The notes below the pieces were generated by a model. The model worked only from the letters and a program-made list of their open reading frames with translations, made no database searches and had not been told where the DNA came from. A stretch of DNA of 64,000 bases from assembly GCA_001029775.1 (NCBI GenBank), contig CP011215.1, positions 682,303-746,302 of the forward strand. The letters run 5' to 3'. This DNA is from Candidatus Campbellbacteria bacterium GW2011_OD1_34_28 (GTDB taxonomy: Bacteria; Patescibacteriota; Minisyncoccia; Phycocordibacterales; UBA12079). Below, one piece after another: positions 8,751-19,252 of this stretch. Position numbers and translations under genes: made by a program. Within the stretch, counting starts at the first letter, position 1, and each line of letters opens with the position of its first letter.

Positions 8751-10853
8751 TTAAACATCGATGTTAGCCATCTTAGCATTGGACTGAATAAAATTCTTTC
8801 TCGGAGCAACTTCTGATCCCATCAATTTATCAAACACTGCGTCGGCTTCTTCTCCATCATCAATAGTTACTCTCTTCAAAATTCTTCTTTCTGGGTCCAT
8901 TGTTGTTTCAAACAATTCTTCGGGGTTCATTTCTCCGAGACCTTTATATCTTTGCATGTGTACTTTTGTAGGTCTTTTTGCACCAGCTTTTCCTTTCTTA
9001 CCTTCTGTTTCTGTTTCAATATCTTCGCCTTCTGTTTCTTCTTCTCCTTCTTCGGCTGTTTCTTCTTGCTGTTCATTCATATCAATTCCCAATTCTTTCA
9101 AATATTTTTCTTTTTGTTCATCTGTATAAACATACTTGATAGTCTTTCCAAATTTTATTTTATACAAAGGAGGTTGAGCAATATAAATATGTCCGTTTTC
9201 TATCAAAGCTTTGAAGTGACGATAAAACAATGTCAAAAGCAAAGTACTAATGTGAGCACCGTCCACGTCGGCATCGGTCGCGATAATGATTTTGTGATAA
9301 CGAAGTTTTTCGATATTGAAAGTATCTCCAATAGCAGTACCAAGAGCAACAACAAGATTTTTAATTTCTTGTGATGCCAACATTCTATCCAATCTTGCTC
9401 TCTCCACATTCAAAATCTTTCCTCTCAAAGGCAAGATTGCTTGTGTTCTTCTGTCTCTACCCTGCTTTGCAGAACCTCCAGCAGAATCTCCCTCTACAAT
9501 AAACAACTCCGATTCTTCTGATTTATTTGTCTGACAATCCGCCAATTTTCCTGGCAATGTCATTCCCTCTAGTGCACCTTTTCTCAAAACACTGTCCTTT
9601 GCGGCTTTGGCAGCTTTTCTCGCTTTCAAAGCAAGCATTACTTTGTTTATGATAGATCTGGCGTCATCTGGATTTTCTTCTAGAAAAGCATTGAAAGAAT
9701 CGCCAAAAACAGATTCTACCATTCCTCTTGCCTCTACTGTTCCCAGCTTTGATTTTGTTTGTCCTTCAAATTGAATTTCGCGAATTTTAACAGAAACAAC
9801 AGCAGTAATACCCTCTAATACATCGTCTCCTGTAAAGTTTTCTTCTTTTTCTTTTATTAAATTATTTTTTCTACCGTAATTGTTTAATGCTCTTGTCAAA
9901 GCTGTCTTGAAACCAGTTAGGTGAGTACCTCCCTCGGGAGTAGATGTATTGTTTGCAAAAGAAACAATCCTTGGTGAAATATCGTCAACATATTGCAAAG
10001 CTACTTCAACACTTTCAATGCCGTCAGGACTTCTTTCTACATAAAATATATTTTTGTGGACAGGTTTTTGGCTTTGGTTGTAAAACTGAACCAAAGAAAG
10101 TAATCCTCCTTCAAAATAAAATGCCATTGAAGGAACCTCTAATCCTAATTCTTTAAAATAAAAAACTTTGCTATCGTCTATTTTTCCTTCATATTCTCTG
10201 GCATCAATAACAGTAACACGCATACCTTTTACCAAATATGCTTGCTGTCTCAAATGTCCTACAATTCTTTTCCAGTCGTATTCTATTTTTTCGAAAATTT
10301 GTTCATCTGCTTCAAATGTGACAATCGTTCCGTGTAAGTTTGATTTACCCATTTCTTTTACAGCGACTTTCTTTTTTCCTCTCTCATATTCCTGCATAAA
10401 TTGTCCTCCGTCACGATGAACAACCACTTTCATATAAACAGAAAGCGCATTTACAACAGATGCTCCTACTCCGTGTAGACCTCCGGATACCTGATAACCA
10501 TCACCGCCAAATTTTCCTCCGGCGTGCAAAGTTGTCATAATTGTTTCCAAAGCGGAAACTTTTGTTTGCTTGTGTTTATCAACAGGAATACCTCTTCCGT
10601 TGTCTGTGACTCTGATTTTGTTTCCTGGCAACAAAACAACTTCGGTATGATCAGCGTGACCACCCATTGCTTCGTCTCGGGCATTATCAAAAATCTCCCA
10701 AATCAAATGGTGTAGACCGTCTGGACCTGTTGTTCCAATATACATTCCGGGTCTTTTCCTAACTGGTTCAAGACCTTCCAGAATTTGAATATCTTCTGCA
10801 CTATATCCTTTCGCTTTTTTCTCTTCGTTTTTAGACATAAATTTAAAAAGCAC
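8751..10853 (-). CDS. gyrB: DNA gyrase subunit B
   Basis: GHKL ATPase motifs (LHHLIWEIFDNARDEA...DNGRGIP), TOPRIM (EGDSAGGSAKQGRDR), 700 aa. Confidence 0.9.
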   Translation of the reverse strand: MLFKFMSKNEEKKAKGYSAEDIQILEGLEPVRKRPGMYIGTTGPDGLHHLIWEIFDNARDEAMGGHADHTEVVLLPGNKIRVTDNGRGIPVDKHKQTKVSALETIMTTLHAGGKFGGDGYQVSGGLHGVGASVVNALSVYMKVVVHRDGGQFMQEYERGKKKVAVKEMGKSNLHGTIVTFEADEQIFEKIEYDWKRIVGHLRQQAYLVKGMRVTVIDAREYEGKIDDSKVFYFKELGLEVPSMAFYFEGGLLSLVQFYNQSQKPVHKNIFYVERSPDGIESVEVALQYVDDISPRIVSFANNTSTPEGGTHLTGFKTALTRALNNYGRKNNLIKEKEENFTGDDVLEGITAVVSVKIREIQFEGQTKSKLGTVEARGMVESVFGDSFNAFLEENPDDARSIINKVMLALKARKAAKAAKDSVLRKGALEGMTLPGKLADCQTNKSEESELFIVEGDSAGGSAKQGRDRRTQAILPLRGKILNVERARLDRMLASQEIKNLVVALGTAIGDTFNIEKLRYHKIIIATDADVDGAHISTLLLTLFYRHFKALIENGHIYIAQPPLYKIKFGKTIKYVYTDEQKEKYLKELGIDMNEQQEETAEEGEEETEGEDIETETEGKKGKAGAKRPTKVHMQRYKGLGEMNPEELFETTMDPERRILKRVTIDDGEEADAVFDKLMGSEVAPRKNFIQSNAKMANIDV

Positions 10854-11013
10854 TAATGCTTTAATTAGAGAAATTATAGCAAAAATAAGCCTTTTTTGCT
10901 AGTAAATTATCCACTTTTTATTATCAAAAAAGACCTATAAAATAAGGCTTTTTTAAGTGTAAAAACAGAAACTGTGGATGTGAATAGAATATATTTATAT
11001 TATAATCATTTAC

Positions 11014-11670
11014 ATGAGCAAAAAAGAATTTTACATAGAAAAAATCGGACAAAGAGGAAAGATAAAAATATATACAGTGGACGGTTTTATTGTCAGAAGA
11101 GATTTGGATGAAGAGTTCGTGAATTTTGGACAACATTTTCGTTACAAATGTATTCCTGAATATGAATTTTGGCTAGACAAAGAAGCTACACCCGATGAAA
11201 GAAAGTTTTATATAGATCATTTGTTGGTTGAATGGAAAATGATGAGAAATGGCACTCACTACAAAGAAGCATGTGTGCGAGCAGATGAAAAAGAAAGAAC
11301 AGAGAGAAAAAGAACGGAAACAAAAAATAACATCCACATAAAACAAATTGGTGAAGCAAAAGGAAAAATAAAAATCTGGATTATAAATGGAAAAGCAGTG
11401 CGGGACAGCCGTGATATAGATTTTACCGAAGGAGGACACGATTATGTTTATAGTTATGTACCCAAAAATGAAGTCTGGATAGATAACGACATCACTGAAG
11501 AAGAAAGACCCTTCGTAATATTGCACGAACTTTTTGAAAGGTCATTGATGAAGAAAGGAACGAGTTATGGAGATGCTCATATAAAAGCAAGCGAAATAGA
11601 GTGGAAAGCAAGACACGATTCAAACAAACTTGAAAAATCTCTGAAAAAATTTGGGTTTAAATTTGTTTAA
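11014..11670 (+). CDS. hypothetical protein made of two tandem ~100-aa homologous domains; second copy has a HELFE...AH motif
   Basis: Internal repeat visible in the protein (IEKIGQRGKIKIYTVDG... vs IKQIGEAKGKIKIWIINGK...; WLDKEATPDERKF... vs WIDNDITEEERPF...). Confidence 0.4.
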   Translation: MSKKEFYIEKIGQRGKIKIYTVDGFIVRRDLDEEFVNFGQHFRYKCIPEYEFWLDKEATPDERKFYIDHLLVEWKMMRNGTHYKEACVRADEKERTERKRTETKNNIHIKQIGEAKGKIKIWIINGKAVRDSRDIDFTEGGHDYVYSYVPKNEVWIDNDITEEERPFVILHELFERSLMKKGTSYGDAHIKASEIEWKARHDSNKLEKSLKKFGFKFV

Positions 11671-11673
11671 ATC

Positions 11674-11716
11674 AAAAAAACGGATTTTGGTGTCGGTCCC
11701 AAAATCCGTTTTTGTT
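11674..11716 (+). terminator. intrinsic terminator (aacggattttgg...ccaaaatccgtt + T-run)
   Basis: 12-bp stem followed by tttttg. Confidence 0.55.
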
Positions 11717-12098
11717 ATTTTGATTTACTTAAATTTTTGATGAGTTTAAGGGTATAAGTATCTTTGTGATGTATAAAAAATACATCATTATTTTTATTTC
11801 CCAAATAAGAAAAACTTATTCTGATAATTAAAGCACCACTGGTTTTACTAGAAAGAAATTGATAAGAAAAATCAGCTGGTAAAGTAATCAGTTCTTTTCC
11901 TGTTTCAGAATAAACAATTATAAAACCATCCCAAGCTTCCACAAAATAACAAATAGTTTTAGAAGCAATTTCTTGTTCTTTATTTTTTCTTTCTCGAAAT
12001 TCTCTCACCCAAAAAATTACAAGCGCACAAATTGCCAAAATAACAGCAAAGCATCCCAGAAGAAATTCGAAAAACTCGGGGCTACCAAATTGCATCAT
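11715..12098 (-). CDS. hypothetical small membrane-anchored protein
   Basis: N-terminal hydrophobic segment; no motif. Confidence 0.3.
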   Translation of the reverse strand: MMQFGSPEFFEFLLGCFAVILAICALVIFWVREFRERKNKEQEIASKTICYFVEAWDGFIIVYSETGKELITLPADFSYQFLSSKTSGALIIRISFSYLGNKNNDVFFIHHKDTYTLKLIKNLSKSK

Positions 12099-12152
12099 AC
12101 AACACCTCTTTAATAAAGATTGTTGATTACAAATATCTAAAGAAAATATACA

Positions 12153-12695
12153 CTATTCAACAAGAATTGCCAGTCTTCGCCAATATTTTTTAAAAGTGCC
12201 AATATCTACAAAAACGTCTTTCCCCTCTTCTGCATTTTGATAATCGGTATCGTTGTAATAAAAACCTTTTAGCATGCCAAAGTTTGTTTTGAAACCTGTC
12301 AAAACAACCATATGAAATCTGTCGGTTTCAGAAAATCTTTTTACAACAGACACCAAAACAGGTTTGTCTTTTTTCAAACTATTTTTAATTTCTCTCACCC
12401 CATCTTCCGACAATCTTTTTTGTTCTTTTTTATTTTCCGATCGAAACTCTGTTCTTTTTAAAACGACATCAAAATCTTTTGCAACATCTACAAGACCTTG
12501 ATGTATCCAGCCGTTTTTTCCATAAGCATTTTTTCCAACAGCGTATTTTATAAATTCATCAGGTGTGAGATCTTTTTGGTTAAAAAAATTTAAGACAGAT
12601 TTCAAACACAAAACACCGCAGGCACGCGGTTTCCAATATTCATCTTTTACATCTGTGTATTGAGAATAATACGGAACATCTAATTTCTTTTGCAT
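12153..12695 (-). CDS. papain-like cysteine peptidase (C39-like/BtrH-like) candidate
   Basis: YSQYTD...RACGVLCL (Cys), FHMVVLTGF (His) and YNDTD (Asp), in the order expected for a papain-like triad. Confidence 0.35.
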   Translation of the reverse strand: MQKKLDVPYYSQYTDVKDEYWKPRACGVLCLKSVLNFFNQKDLTPDEFIKYAVGKNAYGKNGWIHQGLVDVAKDFDVVLKRTEFRSENKKEQKRLSEDGVREIKNSLKKDKPVLVSVVKRFSETDRFHMVVLTGFKTNFGMLKGFYYNDTDYQNAEEGKDVFVDIGTFKKYWRRLAILVE

Positions 12696-12742
12696 AAAAA
12701 TATTTTAACATAAAAAACCCTTTGCAATCGCTTGCAAAGGGT

Positions 12743-13000
12743 TTATTTCAAATCCTTGATAAATTTTTCACTTCCACGACATTCTATGTTGGTGCTAATA
12801 TTGTGAATCTGAATGTAGTCCAGATCTCTTTTGCCATCAAGGCCATGTTCGTTCATTACCGGATAAATTTTTTTGCACATAGGACAACGAGCACTACCTA
12901 CACCCAAACCCTTGCCCCAAAGCTTTGGGTCAAAATAATTTACCTTCATTGGATCACCTTTTTTGTGATTAAATTTGCCAATTAATATCTGAGATAACAC
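12743..13000 (-). CDS. small CxxC zinc-ribbon-like protein
   Basis: 85 aa with CPMC and additional Cys/His. Confidence 0.3.
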   Translation of the reverse strand: MLSQILIGKFNHKKGDPMKVNYFDPKLWGKGLGVGSARCPMCKKIYPVMNEHGLDGKRDLDYIQIHNISTNIECRGSEKFIKDLK

Positions 13001-13011
13001 TACAACAACAT

Positions 13012-13056
13012 GAATTTTATTGCAAATAAAAAACTCTGCAAGAAGTTGGAAAACTT
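13012..13056 (-). terminator. intrinsic terminator serving the minus-strand gene 13072..13293
   Basis: Hairpin ctctgcaagaagtt/aacttcttgcagag followed by a U-run on the minus strand. Confidence 0.55.
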
Positions 13057-13071
13057 CTTGCAGAGTTTTGC

Positions 13072-13293
13072 TCAGTCGAGCGGAGGACAGAGTTCACGCA
13101 GGTCACCCCTTTCGATATCGTAGAGATATCTCTCACTGGCAGGGCACAGTTTTCCCGTAGGACCATGATTTGCGAGATAATCATGTTTGCGATCCCCTTC
13201 CATTCCACAACTGTTTGAAACAGTGACACTCTTTTCTTTACAAACAGGACAGGTAATCTTTCTGACACCTCTCTCAACAACCGTCGTCATCAT
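13072..13293 (-). CDS. small zinc-ribbon protein (CPVC...C...C)
   Basis: 73 aa with 4-5 Cys arranged as a Zn ribbon. Confidence 0.3.
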   Translation of the reverse strand: MMTTVVERGVRKITCPVCKEKSVTVSNSCGMEGDRKHDYLANHGPTGKLCPASERYLYDIERGDLRELCPPLD

Positions 13294-13406
13294 AAGGCAC
13301 CTCCTTAAAAAATTAAAGTAAAAATATCCTTTTTAGAAAATAACAGATAAATCAAAGTTTGTAAAGAGCAAATCCTACCTCGCACCGGAAACAGCTAATG
13401 TTGTTT

Positions 13407-14036
13407 TTATCTAATCCCCGTGTCGCAGAATAAATCAATTCCTGTTAAATCTTTATTATCGATAGAAATATCTTTTGTATTGCAGGAAGGAAAAGGTCTC
13501 CCACCAATTGGTTGTAAAGCATATTCGCCCACAGGTAGACTTAACTCGTAAAAACCATTTTCGTCTGATTCTGCTGTTGCGAAAGGTGAACTTTTTGGGC
13601 TTCCTGCTTCAATAACTTGAATTGTAGTTTTGTAAGGTTTATCAGCACAATTTGGATCAGGAATCTCTTTTTCCACAGGGCAAATTGGTCCTAATAAAAC
13701 TCTTCCCTGTATTTTAAATTTTGTCTCCAACTCATTATCGACATCTTCATTATGTCCGTTCAATAAATCGTTGATATCTTCCACATCGTTCAAAATGTCC
13801 TTAACGTCAGATTTTTCATCTATAAATTCACACCCACATCCAGTTTCGTCACTAAAAGGTTTTCTTCCCTCTTCACATATATATTTTATTACTGAACATT
13901 CTTCTACGCTGTTTTTTACATAGATTTTGTCTTCATCTATTTGATTTTTTTGAGAATAATAAAAACCACCACCAAACACCAAAGCAATTATCCCAACAGC
14001 TATTAACACTCCCAATAAACCAAATCCTTTTTTCAT
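13407..14036 (-). CDS. secreted/membrane-anchored hypothetical protein with a C-terminal beta-sandwich-like domain
   Basis: N-terminal TM/signal sequence; acidic linker; GFYELSLPVGEYALQP transthyretin/CarboxypepD_reg-like pattern. Confidence 0.35.
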   Translation of the reverse strand: MKKGFGLLGVLIAVGIIALVFGGGFYYSQKNQIDEDKIYVKNSVEECSVIKYICEEGRKPFSDETGCGCEFIDEKSDVKDILNDVEDINDLLNGHNEDVDNELETKFKIQGRVLLGPICPVEKEIPDPNCADKPYKTTIQVIEAGSPKSSPFATAESDENGFYELSLPVGEYALQPIGGRPFPSCNTKDISIDNKDLTGIDLFCDTGIR

Positions 14037-14047
14037 ATTTTTTAACT

Positions 14048-15241
14048 TTATTTATATGATGAATAAATTATCCTCCAAAATGCTCCCAAACCTAACAACA
14101 CCAGAACAAACATCGCAATCCACCCAAACAAAGGAATAAGACCAATGATTGAAAGCAAGATTGTCCCACCGACAACGATTTTCCAATCAACAGAATAATC
14201 TTTTTTCTTCATCACCAAACGAGCAAGCCATGTTCCAAAAATTATTCCAGCAATTGACGCAGAAAGTGTCAAAGAAATTAGATAAGCCATAAGAACAAGT
14301 GCTCCTAACCAAAGACCAAACAAAGTAATCATCAAAAGAATAAAAGCAATCGGAGTCAAAACTAACACAACAAAACCAATTCCCAGACTCTTCCAAAAAT
14401 TGTTAAAGCTTTCTTTTGTTACTGTCTCTGTAAATTTCTTGAACATATACACAAGCACAAAAGCAACAATCATCAGTCCTATCATTTTGACAAACAGAGC
14501 AATTGAAAGAAAAGCAAACACTGCACCAACAAAAACTCCTTTGTTTATTTCTTTTTCGCGACCAAATTTACTTTCACTGATAATTGTTTGCCCTTTAACA
14601 ACAGCTCCTTCCATCAATTGAATCGGTTTTTTAGAATAATATTCCAAATTTCCATTTATTACGGCATTGCTTCCCAAAACCAACTCATCTGCTTGCCCTA
14701 CTTTCACGTTACCTTTTATTTCGCTGTTGATTGTAATCATTCCGCCACCAAGATAAACATTTCCTGCAACAGGACTTTGAATATCAACTGTTCCTCCGCC
14801 AACAATCAAATCTCCGCCGACGCTCGCTTCTTTGGAAATCATCAGATTTCCTCCGGCAATAAATAAGTCATCCACAATATCTCCACCAACCACAACACTA
14901 CCACCAGCCGTGTGAACACTTCCGTTTACATTTCCATTGATCATTATTGTTCCTCCTGCCGAATAAACCGATTGTCCGACATTTCCATTTATATTAATAA
15001 CATTTCCTGCTGAGTGAATACCTTTTTCTATATTTGCATCAATTGTTACTATATTTCCTGCGATATAAAGATTTTTGATTTGTTCTTCTGCTCCGACATT
15101 TACACTACCATTATTTTTGGCTCCTATGCGTAAATCTGCCGCACTGATTGTTCCTGCAACGCTTAAAAAAGCGAAAGCAAAAACAAAAGCCAAAGCCAAA
15201 GCCAAAGATAAAATTTTTTGTAATTTCATAATAAATAGCAA
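14048..15241 (-). CDS. bactofilin-like (polymer-forming beta-helix repeat) domain fused to a C-terminal multi-TM region
   Basis: Signal peptide, then repeated G.V.G/N.V beta-helix repeats, then 4-5 TM helices. Confidence 0.45.
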   Translation of the reverse strand: MLFIMKLQKILSLALALAFVFAFAFLSVAGTISAADLRIGAKNNGSVNVGAEEQIKNLYIAGNIVTIDANIEKGIHSAGNVININGNVGQSVYSAGGTIMINGNVNGSVHTAGGSVVVGGDIVDDLFIAGGNLMISKEASVGGDLIVGGGTVDIQSPVAGNVYLGGGMITINSEIKGNVKVGQADELVLGSNAVINGNLEYYSKKPIQLMEGAVVKGQTIISESKFGREKEINKGVFVGAVFAFLSIALFVKMIGLMIVAFVLVYMFKKFTETVTKESFNNFWKSLGIGFVVLVLTPIAFILLMITLFGLWLGALVLMAYLISLTLSASIAGIIFGTWLARLVMKKKDYSVDWKIVVGGTILLSIIGLIPLFGWIAMFVLVLLGLGAFWRIIYSSYK

Positions 15242-15291
15242 TTAGTTTTTAACAGATTAATTATACAATGTATCAAACAGTTTAGTCTATA

Positions 15292-15327
15292 TAAACAAAA
15301 AACCTGCCGAGATTAAACCTCGGCAGG
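15292..15327 (-). terminator. intrinsic terminator for gene 15339..15905
   Basis: cctgccgag...ctcggcagg hairpin plus a U-run on the minus strand. Confidence 0.55.
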
Positions 15328-15338
15328 CTGAAATTAAA

Positions 15339-15905
15339 CTAGATGAGACTCATACCCTGATAACGATGAAGACCAACAAGAGTATTGTCTGATCCGTCAT
15401 TAATACTTTTATAGATTTTTTCCTCTCCAACAAAACCAGAGAATAATTTAGCCCTTTCAACATCGTTAAAATATGCTAGATCAGAGTAATTTTTATCATA
15501 ATAATAATTATTACCTCTTCCACCCATAAAATGACGGGCTTCAATCATCTCCGTCAAAGCCAATTTCAAAAAAGAAATAACCTCTTTTGGGTACCATCCA
15601 CAGTAACTCATAACCCAAACGGGATTAGTGCCGAACCAAATCGTCGTTTTTCCTTCTGAACGCCCATTAGCGTGCGACGACCATTCATCCACAAAAGTAA
15701 ATTTTCCTGTTCGATGACGAAGGCACTTATAACCAGGCATCAGACTGTGGCTAGGTTTAACCTTTTCGGTCGGCCAACCGACAGTTTGCATGGCTTCCCA
15801 ATAAAAATCCTGAATATCTTGGACGGTTATTTGGGATATATTTCTTTCCGATTCAAAACCAACAACCCTTACGCCTTCGGCGATTCTTCTTAATTCATCC
15901 GACAT
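15339..15905 (-). CDS. hypothetical protein
   Basis: 188-aa ORF with its own terminator; no recognised motif. Confidence 0.35.
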   Translation of the reverse strand: MSDELRRIAEGVRVVGFESERNISQITVQDIQDFYWEAMQTVGWPTEKVKPSHSLMPGYKCLRHRTGKFTFVDEWSSHANGRSEGKTTIWFGTNPVWVMSYCGWYPKEVISFLKLALTEMIEARHFMGGRGNNYYYDKNYSDLAYFNDVERAKLFSGFVGEEKIYKSINDGSDNTLVGLHRYQGMSLI

Positions 15906-16039
15906 TTTCCCCTCTCATTAATTTGTTTCTTGTTAGAGAACCCTATTTCCTAAAACAACTTTACTTTTTTGACAACTCGTTGTCAACAAAATTTAAAAAT
16001 TATAAAATCCAACAAAACTATTCCTTACTTTCACATTTA

Positions 16040-18373
16040 CTATCTAACTTCCCAACCTTTTGATTGCATCTGTGTAGTTATTCCATTCATAATTTTATTC
16101 ACTTCGTCATCCGTCAAAGTTTTTTCATTCGATTGAAATACCAAATTAAAAGCATAAGAAGTCTTGTCTTTACCCTCTGGACAATAAACATCAAAAAGTT
16201 TTGTTCTAACCAACAAGTCTCCACCGTTTTCTTTAATCAAACCTGCAACACTTTCTTGAGTTTCTGTATTTGGCACCCAAACAGCAATATCGCGAAGCAT
16301 AAATGGAAAGGGTGAAATATGTTTATATTTTGATTCAACATTGTTTGGATTTTTTAGAACATCTTCGTATGATTCTGGTTGAGGAAGTTTTTCAATTAGT
16401 GCATCAAAATTAATTTCTAAAATATTTTCATTTTCTTTCACTTTTAAATCAACGCCCAAATCGGCATTTATTTTCTGGATTGCTTCGCTTACGCTCGCAA
16501 AGACATTTTTTTTATTTTTTCCCGCAACACCAAAACAAAGCATTCCCTTCTCTTCTTCGGTAGACGAAAAAACTTTTCCAAATTCAAAAATCTTTATTTC
16601 ATCCAATCCCAACAACGGTGCATTTTTTAAATTAAGATCCAATTTTTCTTTCATTCCATCAGAAAGATTTGTTCTCAAATACGCTTTATCGCTCGCCAAA
16701 GGCTTTTCTATTTTTACATTTCCTTCACTAGTAAATGTATAATTGTAAATTTCTTCAAATCCTAAATCTATCAAAATTTGTTTTACTTTGTTTGCATAAT
16801 AAAAACCTTTATGAACTTTTGGTTCTCTTATTTTTTCCAATGGCAAAGTTTTTATATTTTCCAAACCATAAATTCTACCTATTTCCTCAATCAGATCTTG
16901 TTTAATCCTTAGATCCATTCTTTGATAAGGAACTGTGACAACATATCTTTTCTCTTCGCTCTCTACCATTCTTCTGTAACCAACAATATTTTTAAATTGT
17001 TTAAATTCAGAAATATTTCCCATCTCAACGCCGTCGTTATTGTAACGAGATGCGTGAATTATTTTTCCATCTCCTAAATACAAACCAACATGGTCAACAC
17101 CTTCTTCTATCTTTGTCCCAGACAAAAATTCTACCGATTCAAAATAGATCTTTCCTTCTCCTGTATTAGAGAAAATCAAATCCCCTGCTTTCAAATCACT
17201 TTCTGAAATTTCCTTGCCATACACAAACTGATCAACTGCCATTCTTGGAATCGCTATTCCCCCCTGTGCAAACAAATATGCCGTAAAAGAGGAACAATCA
17301 AAACTGTGAGGAGCGTCATAAACAACACTTGCTCCTAATTTATAAGACTTGCCAATCAAATCATTTACCAATTCCAAAACTTTTTTTGCAGAATCAATTT
17401 GTGCAAACTCGAATTTAAATTTATTTAAAATTTCTTCAACATCTTTGTCAGAAAGATTTAATCCCAAAATTTTATTAGCGTCTTTTGTAGTGAATCCAAC
17501 TTTATAAGGATTTGGTTTTCTAGGATATACATCTACCTTTCCAACTACTTTTCCGCCAGAAATTTCCGAAATTAATTCCACCAACTCTTTCATCGCCACT
17601 CCCGCCAACTCGGGACTGATTTCGTTCTCAAAACGCTTTGAGGAATCAGTTAATATGGAAAAGCCTCTCGCAGTCTTTCTAACCGTTATAGGGGCAAAAT
17701 TGGCCGATTCCAGCACCAAATTGACGGTATTTTGATCTACTTCTGCCTTTTTTCCACCTTTTACACCTGCAATCGCCAAAGGCTCCTTAGAATCTGCAAT
17801 AACAAGATTTTCAGAAGTTAATTTTACTTCTCTATTATCCAATGTAATTATTTGTTCTCCGTCCTTTGCGTTTCTTATATTTATTTCGTTACCGTCCAAT
17901 TTGTCTTTATCAAAAGCATGCAACGGCTGTCCGATGTTAAACATCACATAGTTTGTCGCATCCACAATATTGTTGATAGATTTTTGTCCCAGAGATTCCA
18001 AATTTTGTTTCAACCAATCTGGAGAAGACCCCACCTTCACGCCTTCCATTACAACAGCAACATAGCGGCGACATTTTTTTTCATCCTCTATTGTCACTTT
18101 AAAATCACCCAAAGTCTCAACTTCCAAGTCGGTGTGTTGAATATCTTTTATTTCTAAACCAGTCAAAACAGAGACTTCTTTTGCAATACCCAGATGACAC
18201 AAACAATCGTGGGCTCTGTTTGGAAGAACATCAATATCTAAAATTGTATCACTGCCTTTTTCTTCTACTCCTTCTACCTCGAAGGAATGTGAATTTAACA
18301 AAACCGCCAAATCGTTTGGATTAGGCAATTCTTTATTAAAATATTTTTTTAGCCATCTATAAGATATAATCAT
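16040..18373 (-). CDS. pheT: phenylalanyl-tRNA synthetase beta subunit with an inserted NlpC/P60-like domain
   Basis: N-terminus MIISYRWLKKY; B3/B4 domain (NYVMFNIGQPLHAFD); B5; C-terminal FDVY...AFNLVFQ. Inserted residues ~335-455: DCSSF (Cys), GDLIF, HVGLYLGDGKIIHAS (His) = NlpC/P60 signature. Confidence 0.85.
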   Translation of the reverse strand: MIISYRWLKKYFNKELPNPNDLAVLLNSHSFEVEGVEEKGSDTILDIDVLPNRAHDCLCHLGIAKEVSVLTGLEIKDIQHTDLEVETLGDFKVTIEDEKKCRRYVAVVMEGVKVGSSPDWLKQNLESLGQKSINNIVDATNYVMFNIGQPLHAFDKDKLDGNEINIRNAKDGEQIITLDNREVKLTSENLVIADSKEPLAIAGVKGGKKAEVDQNTVNLVLESANFAPITVRKTARGFSILTDSSKRFENEISPELAGVAMKELVELISEISGGKVVGKVDVYPRKPNPYKVGFTTKDANKILGLNLSDKDVEEILNKFKFEFAQIDSAKKVLELVNDLIGKSYKLGASVVYDAPHSFDCSSFTAYLFAQGGIAIPRMAVDQFVYGKEISESDLKAGDLIFSNTGEGKIYFESVEFLSGTKIEEGVDHVGLYLGDGKIIHASRYNNDGVEMGNISEFKQFKNIVGYRRMVESEEKRYVVTVPYQRMDLRIKQDLIEEIGRIYGLENIKTLPLEKIREPKVHKGFYYANKVKQILIDLGFEEIYNYTFTSEGNVKIEKPLASDKAYLRTNLSDGMKEKLDLNLKNAPLLGLDEIKIFEFGKVFSSTEEEKGMLCFGVAGKNKKNVFASVSEAIQKINADLGVDLKVKENENILEINFDALIEKLPQPESYEDVLKNPNNVESKYKHISPFPFMLRDIAVWVPNTETQESVAGLIKENGGDLLVRTKLFDVYCPEGKDKTSYAFNLVFQSNEKTLTDDEVNKIMNGITTQMQSKGWEVR

Positions 18374-18434
18374 TTTTTTTCTTACTACTTATTACTTAAA
18401 CCTTACTACTCCTCAAATTCAACCAACAATTCTC

Positions 18435-19169
18435 TCAGAATTGCTGGTTGAATTTGAGATCCCCCGCATACATCAACCTTATATCATCTATCCCATATTT
18501 CAACATCACGATTCTGTCTATTCCTAAACCAAAAGCAAAACCCTGCCATTCACGAGAATCGATTCCAACATTGTTCAAAACTTTTGGATGCACCATACCC
18601 GCTCCCAATATTTCAATCCAACCATTATGTGAACAAGCAGGACAACCTTTTCCATTACACTTGAAACAAATCATATCAATCTCTACTCCCGGTTCTACGA
18701 AAGGAAAGTAACCTGGTCGCAAACGAATGGTTACATCTTCACCAAAAAGTTTTTTCAAAAATGCTTCTAAAACAGTTTTTAAATGTGCAACAGAAATATC
18801 CTTTCCAATCATTAGTCCCTCCATCTGATTAAACTGTGCATCGTGAGTTGCGTCAGTTGCCTCGTTTCTAAAAACTCTCCCTGGTACGATAATCGCAATC
18901 GGTGGTTTATTTTCTTTCATATATCTAATTTGAACATCCGATGTTTGTGTTCGGAGAAGTTTTTTCAAATTTTTTGGCTCCAACCAAAAAGTATCCTGCA
19001 TATCTCTAGCGGGATGATCTTGTGGAACATTCAATGCATCAAAGTTGTAATATTCATCTTCCATCTCAGGACCCTGAGCCACCTCAAAGCCAAGCTCTAT
19101 AAAAATAGAACTTATTTCCCTAATCAATCTAGTCACTGGATGAATGTGTTTTTCTGAATCTTTTATCAT
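18435..19169 (-). CDS. pheS: phenylalanyl-tRNA synthetase alpha subunit (short form)
   Basis: Class II motifs ([41 protein letters not shown]). Confidence 0.85.
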   Translation of the reverse strand: MIKDSEKHIHPVTRLIREISSIFIELGFEVAQGPEMEDEYYNFDALNVPQDHPARDMQDTFWLEPKNLKKLLRTQTSDVQIRYMKENKPPIAIIVPGRVFRNEATDATHDAQFNQMEGLMIGKDISVAHLKTVLEAFLKKLFGEDVTIRLRPGYFPFVEPGVEIDMICFKCNGKGCPACSHNGWIEILGAGMVHPKVLNNVGIDSREWQGFAFGLGIDRIVMLKYGIDDIRLMYAGDLKFNQQF

Positions 19170-19252
19170 ATTGGATTATTATATATATAAACTAGCTTTT
19201 TTCAAAACGAATTCCCTTCTCAATTACATATAAACAGTGTACTATTTTATAC

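Noticed and set aside
8952-9534. Antisense ORFs inside gyrB, and similar shadow ORFs inside pheT, hsdR, hsdM, secD and others
   Set aside because: They overlap strongly supported genes on the opposite strand, with low-complexity translations.
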